A stretch of DNA of 64,000 bases from Camelus ferus (lineage: Eukaryota), in contig NC_045707.1 in NCBI RefSeq assembly GCF_009834535.1, forward strand, positions 57,476,001 to 57,540,000, read 5' to 3'. The position numbers and the translations under genes are program-made. Under the pieces are notes generated by a model that did not search any database, was not told the DNA's origin, and saw only the letters and a list, made by a program, of their open reading frames with translations. Positions 34,839 to 49,809 of the stretch are shown in pieces (the first letter of the stretch is position 1; the number at the start of each line of letters is the position of its first letter).

Positions 34839-35658
34839 TTTTCTTCCTGAGGTTACAGGATAAACAAACCTGGCACACGTTGTAAAATCCTCACCGCGAG
34901 GAGCTCCCGGGGCTTCGAGCCTCTCTGGGGCTTTACTGTTTGGTCCAACTAAGAGGTTTCATGTGTGTTGTTACTGTCTTTTGCCCTCAGTCTTTTAACC
35001 CTTCCCTCTCTTGAAGCGACCTTCCCTCCAGAGATGCCTGTCTCACCCCGTGAGACAGATCGTCCCCTTCTTTTATCTTTCTATTTGGAAAACAAACCCA
35101 GAGTACAGGAGGCCTTGAGGATATTCCAGTCTAGTTCAAGAAAACCAGGGAGGGGGCCAGAAACCTGGCTCAGAGGCCAGTGCAGCCCCGGGTACTCGAG
35201 GTGGATGAATACTACCCCACTAAGGGCCGGGCCTGGAACGTCGAAGAGGGAAAGTAATTCGGGCTAAATTAGCTGAAGCTTTTTTCTTTTCTTTCTTTCT
35301 TTTTTTTTTTTTTAAGATAAATAAGCAGAGTTTTTGTGTGGTAATTTCTTGCAACAATGAGATTTTACTGGCTTGGACAGTCAGTTGTTAACTTTGGGAA
35401 AGTAAATCTCACCCAGCTCTCCAGGTATATGAAAATTAAAACAGAAAGATAAAGGGATGCTGAGAAAAGGGAAAAGGACAGATTCCTTCTGGATAGTCTT
35501 CACTTCTAACCACAATGTGAGGGCTACATGAGACAGAATAGTGAACAGTTTAATTCAGACACAGGAAAACAACCCATTTTCCTCCCTTTAAATCAGCCCA
35601 TAAGTAAACACTCAAATAAATGGGCTTGGGTGATGCCTAAATTAAAAGGTGGCTCACC

Positions 35659-35664
35659 TTTATT
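35659..35664 (-). terminator. MYF6: Probable MYF6 polyadenylation signal AATAAA
   Basis: tttatt on + strand ~570 nt past the MYF6 stop, at the end of an AU-rich 3' UTR. Confidence 0.7.
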
Positions 35665-36235
35665 TATGCCCTCATGCATATTTTTTTCAGTTTGAATCAA
35701 ATTAGGACCAATTTTATTCATATAGAAACTTATTTTTTTAATATTACAATACTAGGATCCTCGCACTTTTTATATACAATACGTCACTCCACATTTAAAA
35801 TATATTTCTTAGGTTTACATAAAAAATGAAAGTACTAAGATTATTTACAAAAATACATTCAATACCACTAACACTTGGATGCAACGTTCCCACTTTGCTT
35901 CAGACAGGAATGAACTTTTGACCATGGCACGAAAGGATCACCATAATAAAAGTAAATATATTATAAAACCAACCAAACAAAAACAGAGTAAGGCTGCTAG
36001 ATTTAAGCCACTCGCGGTTCCCAAAATAAAAGCCCAAAGCCGAAAGGCTTTTTCATCTGAGCGTGCACAACAGTTTCCGAAGAGTTTCTTTGTGAATGTC
36101 TCCTTCCCTTTCCCAAACTCCTGGGTCTGGGTTCCTACATATTACTGTAATGTGACCTAATCTAAAGGATTAGGCGAAGGAGGCAGGGTGGGATCTTCCT
36201 GCAGCGCGGAGAACTTCCCAAGCACCGGCTCGGAG

Positions 36236-36442
<207 letters not shown>

Positions 36443-36577
36443 TCAGCGCGGGAGGACCCGTCCCCGCGCGCAAGGAGCGCCCGTCTCGCAGGGCGCGTCC
36501 CCGGCTCTGGCTCGTCTCCGAGCGCCTTCTATCCCCATTGAGCACCCCAGCCCCCTCCCGGGATGTTCTCCAGCTCA

Positions 36578-36718
<141 letters not shown>

Positions 36719-36952
36719 TTAGGAAAGAAACGTAGGTTCCGGGGGTGAAGTGGGGGGCCCTTTGTGGGGGTGTCTTCCCTGTTTCCTCAGGCCGGTTACG
36801 AATTTCCTGCCTGTTGCGGGCACCCCGTGTTCACGGGTCACTGGGGGTTCATTAGGGAGCGGGAGGGGCGGGCGAGCAAGGGGGACGGGAAAGGAGATCG
36901 AGCAGCTGGAAGTTAAGGCCCCAAGGAAGGCGTCTAATCAGCTTCTGCATTA

Positions 36953-37543
<591 letters not shown>

Positions 37544-37565
37544 TCAAAAACCCAGAGGAACCACC

Positions 37566-37618
37566 CAGATGGCATTTAATTAGTGCGGTGACATAAGTCG
37601 CCCCAGCTTTATATATAG
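37566..37618 (-). promoter_or_regulatory. MYF6: MYF6 core promoter: TATA box overlapping a MEF2 site, plus downstream E-box
   Basis: Minus strand CTATATATAAAG at 37607-37618; CTATATATAA fits MEF2 YTAWWWWTAR. E-box CAGATG/CATCTG at 37566-37571. This arrangement is known for rodent MRF4 promoters. Confidence 0.88.
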
Positions 37619-40600
37619 TAGCTCCTGAAACTCAATCCAACTTTTAGCTGTCATGGAGCATCAGTCTCTCAATGTGATTACAGCCAGTGCTCTCTAGAAT
37701 ATCTAGTTTGAAAGAAAACTGAGAAGTGTCACCCCTAGAATGATGTGACAACCTATCCGCAGAGCAGGTTAAAACAAAACACACAGAGAGAATCCTGTAA
37801 TTTATACAAAGCATCGAACACTTCAATTTGCGACAGTTCAGATGCTAACCTGCTTACGGGACAACTTCAAAACAACTGGGGATTAACACTGCCCCATTCC
37901 CCTCCCCCAGGCTATCTGAATTCTAAGTATAGACCCATGATGAAAGATTTCAAAGGCAATAGCCATTGCTCCAAAATAGCTTGGTTAATATTTACAGAGT
38001 GGTTCAGCTCTTTTCTCTCTCCTGCCTACCAAAAAGATGCTATTCCTGTGATTAAAACCATTACAGTCCTTCAAAGGTTATACATGACTTTCAGGCTTCA
38101 GCCTCAATAGCAACAGGTAAATGTCTTTCCTCTCTTCTACTAAGGCTGTCAGGACGATTTGGGAGCTGGAAGGGGTGGCTGGAGGGCGCTCAGATTCCTC
38201 CCTTGGCTATCTTTTTTTCTGGAGGGTGGCAACTAAGATCGGCATTCTGTGCCCCTCCATGATGGAGCAGTTAGTACCTAAAAGGTAAGGGGTGGGACTG
38301 AGAATGGGGGATGCAGTACATGGAGTAACTTCTCTTTAAAAAGAGTTTTAGGGGAAACAAGGCTCACACTATAGCTGTTGGGTATTTCAGGGTTCAGCGT
38401 GGCACTCCAAAGTGCCTCCGTTACGGCTCCTGTTCTGCCACTGTATGCTCATAGGATTCAGATGAGAAAGGTAGCAACCAAGACACAAACAAAGAGCATT
38501 TTTAATGGCAGCTTGCCTGTGGTTCAGTGCACACGAGTATGGTGGCTGGGGAGGCAGTACAAGAGGAGGATGGAGCTCAGGGCCCCTAAAGTCCAAAGAA
38601 GTCTGTTCAAGTCCCAGTTAAATTAATTTCTATTTATGTGTGATAAATAATTAGGTCTTGGTTTCTTCAAGATAACAGTGGTTGCCTTTTTGTGAGGATT
38701 TGATCAAATGATACCATGCATGTGAAGCATATAGACTTACATTAGCTGCTTGATGAACATTAGTTATTTAGAGTATAAGGAAGGCTCTGTCAGGGCTAAG
38801 ATTGTTTCGTATGAAGGAGATGAAGCACAACTGTTGCAGAGATTTATGTATTTTTCTCTTTAAAAAATGGCATTCCTTTCCTCTCCTTTCCCTCCCAGAG
38901 AACTGGAAGGACCCCTTCCACCTATAAATTGCCTTTGGGGTGACCATCAGCTTTGGTCTTGGCCTTTATGGTCAGTGCCTGAAAAACTAGTTGGAAACAT
39001 AAGATCTCATTCTGCCCCAAGCAGTGCAAATTATAGGCTGTGTTAAGTATGACTTCATTTTTTAATGAATAGACTGAGGACAATGCAAGGACTCGATGGT
39101 CAGACAGTGTAGGACCTACTTACATTTTTTGAGTCAAGTCACTTACTCCAGAAGCTAGTTCTTCATAGTCTCTTTCTGTTGAGCCACACACTTGGGGTGG
39201 GTGCTAAGTTTTGACATTTTGAGCTGTTTTTATGTTTTGCTTATTGTGCTGCTGAATAATTCCTTATCAAATTTGAGAACCATTTTTAGGTTTTTGGAAA
39301 AGTAGGAGGCACAGGGATTAATAAGCAGCCAATACTTTTGTGACATTTTCTCCTATTTCTGCTAGTTCCCTGGTTGCTAATATCAGTGATTAAGACTGCA
39401 TTTTGGAGGCTCTGAAAACTCAGGGAACAGTCTAACATCTATTATGGAAAATTACCCTCTGCTCTTAATCACATTCTATGCTGCACCTTATAATGTGAAG
39501 ACAGTTTGAAAAATCATTTTTAACCAGTAAAAATATATAGCATTATTGCCAAGATTATTAAGAAAACAATACCTGAAATTCACTTATTCAACATTTTTTG
39601 GGTACCTACTAAGTGCCAGATAGTGTCCTCAGTGCCGAGAATAAAGCAGTGAAAAATAATCTCTTTGCTTATGGAGTCTGAATCTAGAAGGGTGAATGAA
39701 ATTGACTAAGGGTTAAAAAAAATTGGAGAAAAAGCACTGGAATCGGGGTGTGGAAGGTTTTGGGCCTGTGAGAATTTAGTCAACCCTAATTTTTCAAATT
39801 CTCGGTTGTTTAACCCACAAAGTGTATAATGACAGAGACATCATACTCTCAAAGGTCATGATAAAGTTTTTTAAAATGTGAAATCACTTTAAAAATGTTG
39901 CATACTCTATAGTAAAGTATTTTTATTACTGGAATTAGATACAGAGAAAAACTGAAATAAGAAGAATACCACTTCTCAGGAATTCTGTTGTGTGGGTGAC
40001 AAGTAATATCTAAGGTGATACCATTCTTAGACTCACCGTTGATTTTAAGAGGTACCGGGTAGATATGAGTCTGTACATTATGAACCTGCTAAGGACTATG
40101 AAAGTGTACTCTTTCCCCTTTATTTTTCCCTTGTTTAAATGTTGTCACTGGAGAAACAGTGAGTTTAAAATGTAGACAGAGAAGATTCAAGAAAGAAGTA
40201 GAAAAGGCTTTGGCATGCTGAGGGAGAGCATCCTCCCAGACAAGGGTGGCATTTCTCTGTGTGAATTCAGCCATCGCCACTGAATTGTCATTTCCTATTA
40301 AGTTACAAAGCCCCTTTTCACAACACTCACCAAAACTCAGGCCAAGAAAATTGGTGTTGCTATTTACCTTGTTCAAACAGATTTTTGCCTCTTTTGTTGT
40401 TGTTTTTTTTGAGGAGGGTAGGGAGGGGAAGAGAAGAAAAGGAAATGCCAGCTTGGGAAATAACCATTTTTTTATTAGATTAGGTAATGGGAAAATACAC
40501 AATGATTCCAAACAACCAACTAGTGAGCTCTTGGAACTCAAACTGTTTACAAAATACGAGATGCCTGTAATTGCAATTACATTATTTCTCAGTACAACTT

Positions 40601-42964
40601 GGGAAACGGAGATCTTGACAAGTGGTCAAAACAGGTTTATCCTCCAAGCTTTAAATAGTTCAAACACATATTTTTTTCAATTATGGAAAAGTAAGTAATA
40701 AGTGGCTAATAATATTAAGTATCAAGAAATCACATCAGGGGTCTAGAGTTCATTCATAACAAAATGTGAAACTAAGTTAGTGATGGAACTGAGAGTTTTC
40801 AAATAGTTTACCACCCCATTATTCTTACTTCATGCTTAATTATTTGTAGATGCATTTTCTTCCCATCATCTCCACGAAAGCTTGAATATGTCCAGTTCTT
40901 CTTCTCTGTGAAAAGGAGTGGGAGGAAAAGAATTACAATTAGCTCAGTCAATGGTAGATTTTAGCGATGAGCCTTCAGGAAGGTGTTGTAGGTGGTAGAA
41001 AAACAGAGTTTTGGAGTAAGCAACAATCTAAGTTCTAGCCATTCTTAATTATACATTCCAAGCTTCAGTTTTATAAGAGGTCAAATGGCATATATAATAC
41101 ATACATCATAGGCTAGTTGTTAGCATAAAATATATGCCAATGGAAAAATATATGTTGAGTCCATGTTCTAGAATATGCACCCAACAAATTTTAATTTCCC
41201 TCCTTCTCCTACTCAGTTCTTAAGACCTCTGATTGAAATAACCAAATTAATTGAAATACCTTAGGACAGATGTTTAGGATAAATTTACGGATTCTTTTGT
41301 GTTAATGGTGTAAAGGAAGTGAAAATATTAAAAGTAGTGACTCCAATAATAGTGTTTCATATATCTATGCCCTCAACAAATTTCCAGCATACTGGGGACA
41401 GAGACTAATTGAAAAATCTCACAAATGACTACCTGAGCTAGAAACTTTGAAGGAAAAGAATGTGGGTTTTTTTTGTTTGTTTGTTTGTTTTTAATGAGTG
41501 TGTGACAATGAAGAGTCTGTCATGAACAGGAAGCTTGAGGAAGGATGGTTTGGGAAGTTCCTGGGATGTTGCGTTGGTCTTTCTAGGGAGGAGGGTTGAA
41601 GCTTTTTAGCAAACTCGTGGATTGGGATGGAGGTGACAGTAGGAGGAAGCTCAGGGAAGACATAGACATGGATGAGAGTTAGTCAGAAACTGGTAAAGAG
41701 ATTTTGGTGAGCTCTGTCTAAGGAATTTGGCTATGCTGTCACCTAGTTGGGTTCAAAGAAAGCAGTTTCATTTATAGCAGAGAAAGTAGAACTGAGGGTT
41801 AGACAGAAAATGATTATATATATTCAGCAGTCAAAAACAGAAGAGAGAAAAAGGGGTAAAAGGAAATGGGGGTTGAGGAGGAGGACGGGAAGGGGAGAAA
41901 AAGAATGAACAGAACTGAATCCAGTCTGCAGGGAGAAAAAGGACCAATTAGCAAGGCCAGGCAGCAGCCCTGAAGAATAGAGGATGAAGGAAGAGCCCAC
42001 TGACTGAAAGGGAAAATTCAGAAGAGGCAGATTAATGCTTCAAACTTGTAGCTGCTAACTGAGTAACATGAACCCGGGCACCTGTAATTTACCTAATCTG
42101 CAGACAGTGTGTGCCCAGAGATTCCCGAACATCGTGGTAAAAATAGTTTGCACTTAAACTGACAGAACATTCGAGTCACTTCAGAGGATGTGGGGGAGGG
42201 GCACAAACCACGCAGAGGAATAGGAAAGATTTTAAAGGTGAATCCTCTGCAGTTTCCAGACAGTGGTGGTCAGAAATTGTGCAGAGAAATGGGGCTGGAT
42301 CTGGACTAGAGGAACTGCGGTGCAGCTGCCTTTTTAAAACAGCTCTGAAGAAATATGTTTCAGACAAGCAGGGGAGGAGCCAGACAGGCTGCTCTTCAGA
42401 TTTTTCAAGAAATATGTATTTTTATTTTTTGCTACCTGCCCCCCCCCCCAACTCCCTTCCATTTGGGAACAGAACACAACTTCCACAAAAATCTGTGGTT
42501 AGTTTGTGTCCTAGACACAAAGTGCTACTGAAAGAGGCTGTCACTCATTTATCCCGAAGGCATAATTTCCAGGGAAAGAGACAATAAATGATCTGAGAAA
42601 CACTCTTTCCTTGGTGCTTAAGAAATGAAGTTCTTTTTAAAATTCTGCGTTCTCCCTGTTTTCATTCAGACTTACGAATTTGAGAGCAAAGTTTGTGAGC
42701 CATTTGAATGTTTTCAGGTTAAATATTCCTTCCTTCCGGGTGGGTCACCAGCTGGCAAAGGTTTGCTTAGGACAAGGACCCGGTGGGTCCAACTTTCAGC
42801 ACTAAAACTGGGAAATTTCTGGGCAAATCAGAACAAGTTGGTCGCCCTGATTCCCAGAAAAACAGGATGGATGCTTACAAGTATCTATTCACAAATAGGG
42901 CAATGAACAGAGTGCAGGATATATAAAATAGACTTTTCTCTTTAAAAATAATTATAGTGATTAC

Positions 42965-43185
42965 AAATGTGGGGTTTGATGTTAGATCTAAGTTCTAGGC
43001 TCAACTCTGCCACTTGCTAATATTTGACCTGGGATAAATTATGTAAACTTTCTAAGTCTCAATTAACTTGTCCATAAAATGGAGACAATATTACCTTAGA
43101 GGGTTGTTTTAATGATTAAAAGAATGTTAATAGACACTTAATATACAGTGTTTCATACATAGTCAACACTCAATACAATTTGATA
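42965..43185 (+). mobile_element. MIR SINE
   Basis: ctctgccacttgctaatatttgacctgggataaattatgtaaactttctaagtctcaattaacttgtccataaaatggagacaata. Confidence 0.7.
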
Positions 43186-46100
43186 TTATTTAACTTTTGA
43201 TTGAAGAAAAGAAAACGCATCTATGTGTCACCTAAATAAGTCGTACTTTGCTTTTTTGTTTCCTTATAATCAAAATTTTATATAATGTATTATTACATAA
43301 TATAAATTTTATATTACATAATTTTAAGAATATAATACAATATCATGTATGTATTGCCTTTTTCAGTTAAAATATCACAAGAACATTTTTCCACGCTGCT
43401 AAACTAATGTTTAAAATATCTAAGATCTATGGAATGATTTTTCAGTGTTGTTTATCTTTTAAAAACTAAATGAATTGTGATATTCAGATGATCCAAATTA
43501 TAGTAGGGTCTGGCGTTACTAGCTTGCTAAGCTAAACAGATGTCTCTAGTATAGAATGGTTAGCCAAGTATTTTGTTACTGGCCTCCAACTGGCTGGTTA
43601 TGACATATTGTCCAAAATAGTTTGTGCTTTAATGCCTATGTCAGAGCCTACTGTGACAAATAGTCACCACTGTACAAACACATTCATTCCATAAAGTTTT
43701 TCTACCGGCTTAGAAAAAAAAAAAAAGTTGTTTAATCAGACACACACACATTTCACACTTTTTCAGAAGCTTAGACATTTTTGCCTTCAGATAATACATG
43801 CTAGCTTTTAGGGTAGTAAAGGAAAGAAACATACCAAAAGTTAAAAATGCTTAGACTTTATATAATCTATTACTTTTTAAATTCAGGAATTACATGTTTA
43901 AAGTGCCACTAGTCACACAGCAGTTTATCATGTTAAGTTTTATCTTCCCTGATTTCAAAATCTGGGCTAGATGTTGTGATTGGAAAAGCCATGCTATATA
44001 ATTTCACTGTGTAAGTATACTCTCTTTACTAAATCATTTATTTTTTATTTTCTTGTGTGTAAGTATAAATTATCATGATATTTAAGCTGTTTGACACAAT
44101 AATGTTCCAAAATTGGTACTTTTAGAGTATAGAATAAAAAGTAGTTATATATATATTATTTTGTGAAGTTGTAACCATTATGCAATTCTGGAAAAAGAAA
44201 AGTGGCAGGCCCTGCGTTGAAATGCTTTAAATAAATGATTTTATTACATCTTCAGAATGTTTTACCAAGTATGATTTCTCTCCATTTTAAAGAGGGAGTA
44301 AAGCCAAGCAATGAGAAATTAATCTACTTGCCCAAGATCCTGTGCTTATAAATGAAATTCTGGCTCCTATAGCAGTGATTTGCATAATCAGAAAGAATTT
44401 CTTATTCTGAGCCTCCTTACAGTGACCAATAGAAGAGTAGTCTTCAGTGGAAAAAAAAACCTAGGAGCAAACTAACTTAGAGGACCTTTGATTGTTTATC
44501 TGGCAACCTGTAGGATAACTTCCGTTTTTCTAGCAGAGTGGCAAAAGAGCACTGTTGATAGCTGTTGGCTGAAATTTGGACCTGTGTTGTCCCATTGGGA
44601 AATAATGATGCAATGGTATTTTCCATGTGCAGTGCCACGTACAGGCAGCCTGTCCCAGAGGTCACAAAACTGATGCTCAAATTCAAATGCTCGAAACCCA
44701 TGGTCTGTTTATTTAAAACTATACAGTAGGAAGGAAAGAGAAAGATAGAGTGGTTTAGCACATTTTAGATGCGGTAAAAGTGGCGTGTAGAGACCATACT
44801 GTCCAAGTCTTGACGGACACAATGCACATATGTGCTGTCTTTCACCCTCCTCCATCAGTCTGTCCCACTTAGAGTAGTTACAAGGACTAGAATTGAGGGT
44901 GAGCAAGGATTTTCAGCAGATGGAAGGTGTCTGAACCAATACACAGTTCAATACGAGCAATATACAGTATGCTCTATACACCCAGTCAAGACCACGGCTC
45001 CCCTACAATCTGCTGGGCGTCTGTGGCTTTAATTTGTGTGGATGGACAAACCTGGATTTCACCAAGTGGGTGGGCAGTGTCAGACTTCTTGAATATTGGG
45101 TGTCTCGGGCGTATTTGGTTATTTGATGCTTCACTGGCCGTCTAGCCCCTTCCTATGTTGACAAGCAGAGGCCGTAATGACTTTGTCTATCTCTAACTTG
45201 TTTTCCAAGCCATTTGCCTTTATATTTAGTTTCATCTCTTCTCCTTGTTTTCTCCTCTTATACCCTATAGTAGGACTGAATATTCTTAAATAACAGCAAA
45301 TGTGTATTACATCTCCTTTCAGAATAGTTCTTTACATGTTTTCAAATAGAAATGCTATTGCTTGATGTTTTCTAGTTTCTTCTCTAATTTCTTTGAATTC
45401 TTTAACACAAATCTATCTTTATAAACATTGAATGATATCTAATTTCTATTTGTCACTGCCCACCCTTTGTTCTTTGCTGCTATTTGAAAGTTGCAAAGAG
45501 GACAGTTCGGGCTTGAAAGTCTTTTCTTTCTCCAAATGGTGAGTACGTTTTGTTCCAAGAATTACCACATCGGCTGAGTGTAGAATTTCTATCTAAATTT
45601 GTTTCCAAGAAAACAGATGATCATATGCTTTTGGAGATCAGCAAAATAAGGTGCTTACATAGTCTGCAATAAAACATTCTTTTCTACCAAACACGGACTG
45701 AGGCGGATTGTGACAAGCATGACTCCTATGATGGATATTTGGTAAAATATGAACTTTCTTTTTCATACAAACAAGGGCTCTATTAACATGGTTTCCTCAA
45801 GTCCACTTCTCACTTCCAGATCCTCTAGGAATTGACACCAACTGTCCGTTGTGACACTTGTTCATTAATTTCCTTTCAATAGAACTATTCTCCTCTCTCA
45901 GCTGTTGTAGCAGTTTAAGGTTTTACAAACTCTCCTGGTGCGGGCCTTTGTTAAGCATTCTTGCTAGGTTCAGGAGACTACGTAACTACCAGAGCCCGAA
46001 CGTGTGTCACGGAGTCATTAGCGTAGTTTGCCACTTGTTCCATCATCTACTCTCAGAGAGGGGAGACTTTAGCTCGACCCCTTAAAAAGTGAAAAGGGCA

Positions 46101-49100
46101 AAATCAATTAGTTCTCGCCAGCAAGACTTAACAGTCTTGATAGCAGCACATCTGCTCAGTACTTCCTTTCCTAACGTCATCCTTTCACACACCTCACCTG
46201 ACTGGAGCCAGGAGACCTCTAATTGTAAACTTCTTACAGAAAATCTTTTTTTTTTTTTTTTTTCCTGATAGGGAGGCACATGCTGTGTGAAGGAGGTCAT
46301 TTCGCAGCCATGACTGAAAGCACTCACAGATCCCAGGAAACAGAATGACTGTGGTATCCCTTTATGAAATATGAACAACCTTGTTAATTTTTATTCCTAA
46401 TTGGGAAACCCCAGCATTTTGAGGATTACAGGGCATGCAAATGAATAACAAAAGGAATAGGCTGTAGAAGAGTGTGTAGTGTCTATTTTGTAGTAAAACG
46501 AAGTGGGACCGTGCTGCAGTGGTATGACTCTTTCTACCGCACAACAAGCTCTTTTCTTGTGCATCAGTTTTTGTTTTGGGTTAGTGAGAAGCGTCACATC
46601 ACGAGGAAAGAATGCAGGAATCAAGGGTTGCTTTACACGTTACCAGTCTGTGGTGCTGTTCCCGGAAATTTTTGTATTTGAAGTTTGCCAAAAGGTAGCA
46701 AATTTTTGTGTGTGGTTGCTATGCTTAGAAATAATACGTGTAATAAGTAATACTTATTGTTTTCATATTATTTTACCAGTTTTTCAGATCAACGAACATG
46801 GTTTAGTCCTCAGGATTTTGTTTTATCTTATGATATAGTAACACTAAGAAAATATGCTGCTTTTTTTAAGAACTAAGTAATTTCAAGGTATTAATTCTTT
46901 AACGTTCCCTATAGGATCTTAAGATAGCTAGACTTCTTATGTTTCAAACTTTATTTTTCCTTCTTTGAGTGTTTGGTATTTTTATATAACTTTCTAAAAC
47001 TCCCATAGCAGAATTTTTTCTTTAATCTTATCCATTTCAGTTCGCCAAAAAGCTTATTTTTTTTTTCTGACTTTGAAGAAAATCCCAGTCTTCTCTATGG
47101 AATAAGTTATCTTTTGAAGATTAAAGTGATGATTAAAATCAGCTTTTGGACATACGATAATACTATAACACTATTTTTGGCAGTGATGTGTTACTTAAAA
47201 AGTTTTATAAATACATTATCTTGGCAATAACTTCAGCCACAGGGAAGAATGAAGCACGATTTTATAAGATCTTATAAGCTTAGTATGAGATTTCCTGAGG
47301 GTGCAGTAATTTAGCATTACCTTCAGAAGTGGGCAGCGAGACTTTTCTGGGCCTCTGGGGCTTTTAATAGTCTTTCTAGAATAGAGGCAAATAATGGAGA
47401 TGGGGGAGAAGGGAGATGCAGGGAGGAAAAGAGAGAGAGGAGAGAGGGAGAGGGAAAGCTGGAAGGGGAAATGTAGGGTCATGAAATCATTCTGAGTTCA
47501 GAATTGACCACTAGACCCATGAAAATCCACTCTTTAAAAAAAAAAACAATGTTTTGAAAATCAAAGCATAATTTGGAGTTATTTAAAATGCTTAGTGTTA
47601 CTGGATTGACACAGAGGTCTTAGGATAAAGCACATCTTTTTAATAGTATGTTTCCTTGGGAATAGAATTTGGTGAAAAAGCACAGAATTGCAGGAAGCTT
47701 GAAAGCACTTGATGTTCCTATTTCAAAGCTGATGACTGTAAAAAATACCCACAAGAGACTGTTTGTGGAGTATGGTCATCAAACAATTCCTGTTTTTCAC
47801 AACTGTCTCTGTCACCTGTCTCATATTCATTACAAAATTTGCTTCTGTGATTATTCCTAACCAAGCACTTAACACATTGCCCTCTAACGCTTGTCTGTTC
47901 GTATCATCCACTCTGTAGGGCAGAGCTATGTAATCATCAGTGCGTAGAAGACCATCTGGTGGAAAACAGGTACTATGTAATCTTTGCTGAGTGATAATTG
48001 TCAAAACCCTCATTCATCTTCTCTGAGATGAAGTGGCATTTTCCCTTATTAGATACTTATTTCTATTATTTCTGTTTCTATTTGGGATTTGTTTAGATTT
48101 ATTGGTGCTTTGCCCAAAACATTGTGAATCTAGATCAGTGCAAGATATAATGTTCATTTTTTTTTTTTGGGTAGAAGTTCCTAGAAATGTTGTGGGATAA
48201 GAGGCACTCTACTCAAAAAACAAACAAACAAACAAAAAAAACCAAAAAAAACCCACACATTTTATAGCAAGATTTATTTTGGGAGCTAAAATGGCTAAGC
48301 CTTAGATACTCAGTCTAAGTAATTAATTGCTAAGCCTGGCTGTCACAACAAAATTAAAGTACACCAATTTGAATTCAGGGACTCATGCTGTGTTTATAAG
48401 AAGAGAGTATGATGGCTGTTTGTTTTAAAAGCATTCATGGGTTACTTGTTCCTGGTCACCCAGCTCCTGAATGCCTGGTTATCCTCGTCGTTCCTGGCCT
48501 CCACGTCAGCAGGAGTCACTCTGTCACCCAGCTGGCCCTGAGAGTGAAAGCCTTAGGACATGTGGTTATCTTACCCTTGGCTCCTGTTCTGGACACTCTC
48601 CAGAAGCTGCTCTGTGTTGCCACCTTTCCACGTCCTGAACCCTGCTGGTTCAGGGTTTCCTGGGTACCTGCAGCTAGAACAGTATGGAACCCAGCTTTGG
48701 AACCAGGAATTTAACTCCCCTCTTTGTATCCTTCAACTTTCCTCTCCATAAAGCCTTGGCTTTATAGTAATAACAGTATTTTAATTTACCTTAAAATAAC
48801 TTAAATATGTAAAACATTTTTTAGTCCAGTAAATTCAAACTTAAAAAATGGTATCTTAAATGTTACATACTGTCACCCATTTGTAAGAGGATTTTGAAAT
48901 GATCATAGTAGGTGCTGTTGAAATAATCACGCCCCAGTAAACTTCTTAGAAAAGAACCCATAAGAGTGGAACATTCAGTAGAGCAGGCCTCTCCTTTCAA
49001 GTGACTTTATTTAGCAGGTTTTTGAATGGATTCACTTATTAAATATTTTTTTTTTTTGAAATTTACATGTAATTCAAGCCCAGACTTAGAAAGCAAAATG

Positions 49101-49809
49101 GTCATTCTTCTAGCCAGTGCCATAAACTTCCCTATTATCTTATTAGGTATCTCCATGAAATCTTGATGCATTTCTTTTGGTGACCATGACCAAAAAAAAA
49201 AAAAAAGGAATGGAAGGCACCATTTCAAATTGTTAATAATAATTATCTTTAGGTACTAGAATTTTGGTATAAAATTATAAAAAGATTTTTCTGTAATTAA
49301 AAAAATCTATAATCAGCATGTTATAGTTTTGCAATGAGAAAACCAAATGATATTTAAGAAAATCAAAAGTAGGGACTTCGGCACAACTAGAACTGGTATG
49401 TCAGGCAAATAATACAGAGTCTCAATGTTTAGGACAGGAAACAAGACCTGTACCATATTTGCAGCAAAGTTCTCTTGATGCAGACCCAGAAATACTGAAA
49501 GACTATACCTAAAATTTCCCAGGAGAAGAACTCAATCTTCCCAGAGTTTGGGGGTGAGGCTGAGCTTTCTAGTTAAATTGAATTGCTTCCGATACACAGA
49601 GATGAGGATTGTGGGAGCTGGAAACCAAGTAGCTTTCCCCAAATAAGAAGCTTCAATTATCTGGTAAATTCAATTATGTGAATAGTCTTTTCCAATTATT
49701 GCAGATTATGTTATATGCTATTTTAATTCAATTTATTGGACTGGGAAGTAAGGTTACTCAAAGTAGCCCAATAGTCTAAACTTCAGGGTTTCTTTTTTCT
49801 CATGAATGC

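Noticed and set aside
40089..40698. Two overlapping 150-aa ORFs upstream of MYF6
   Set aside because: No recognisable domain, low-complexity composition and no supporting exon structure; consistent with chance ORFs.
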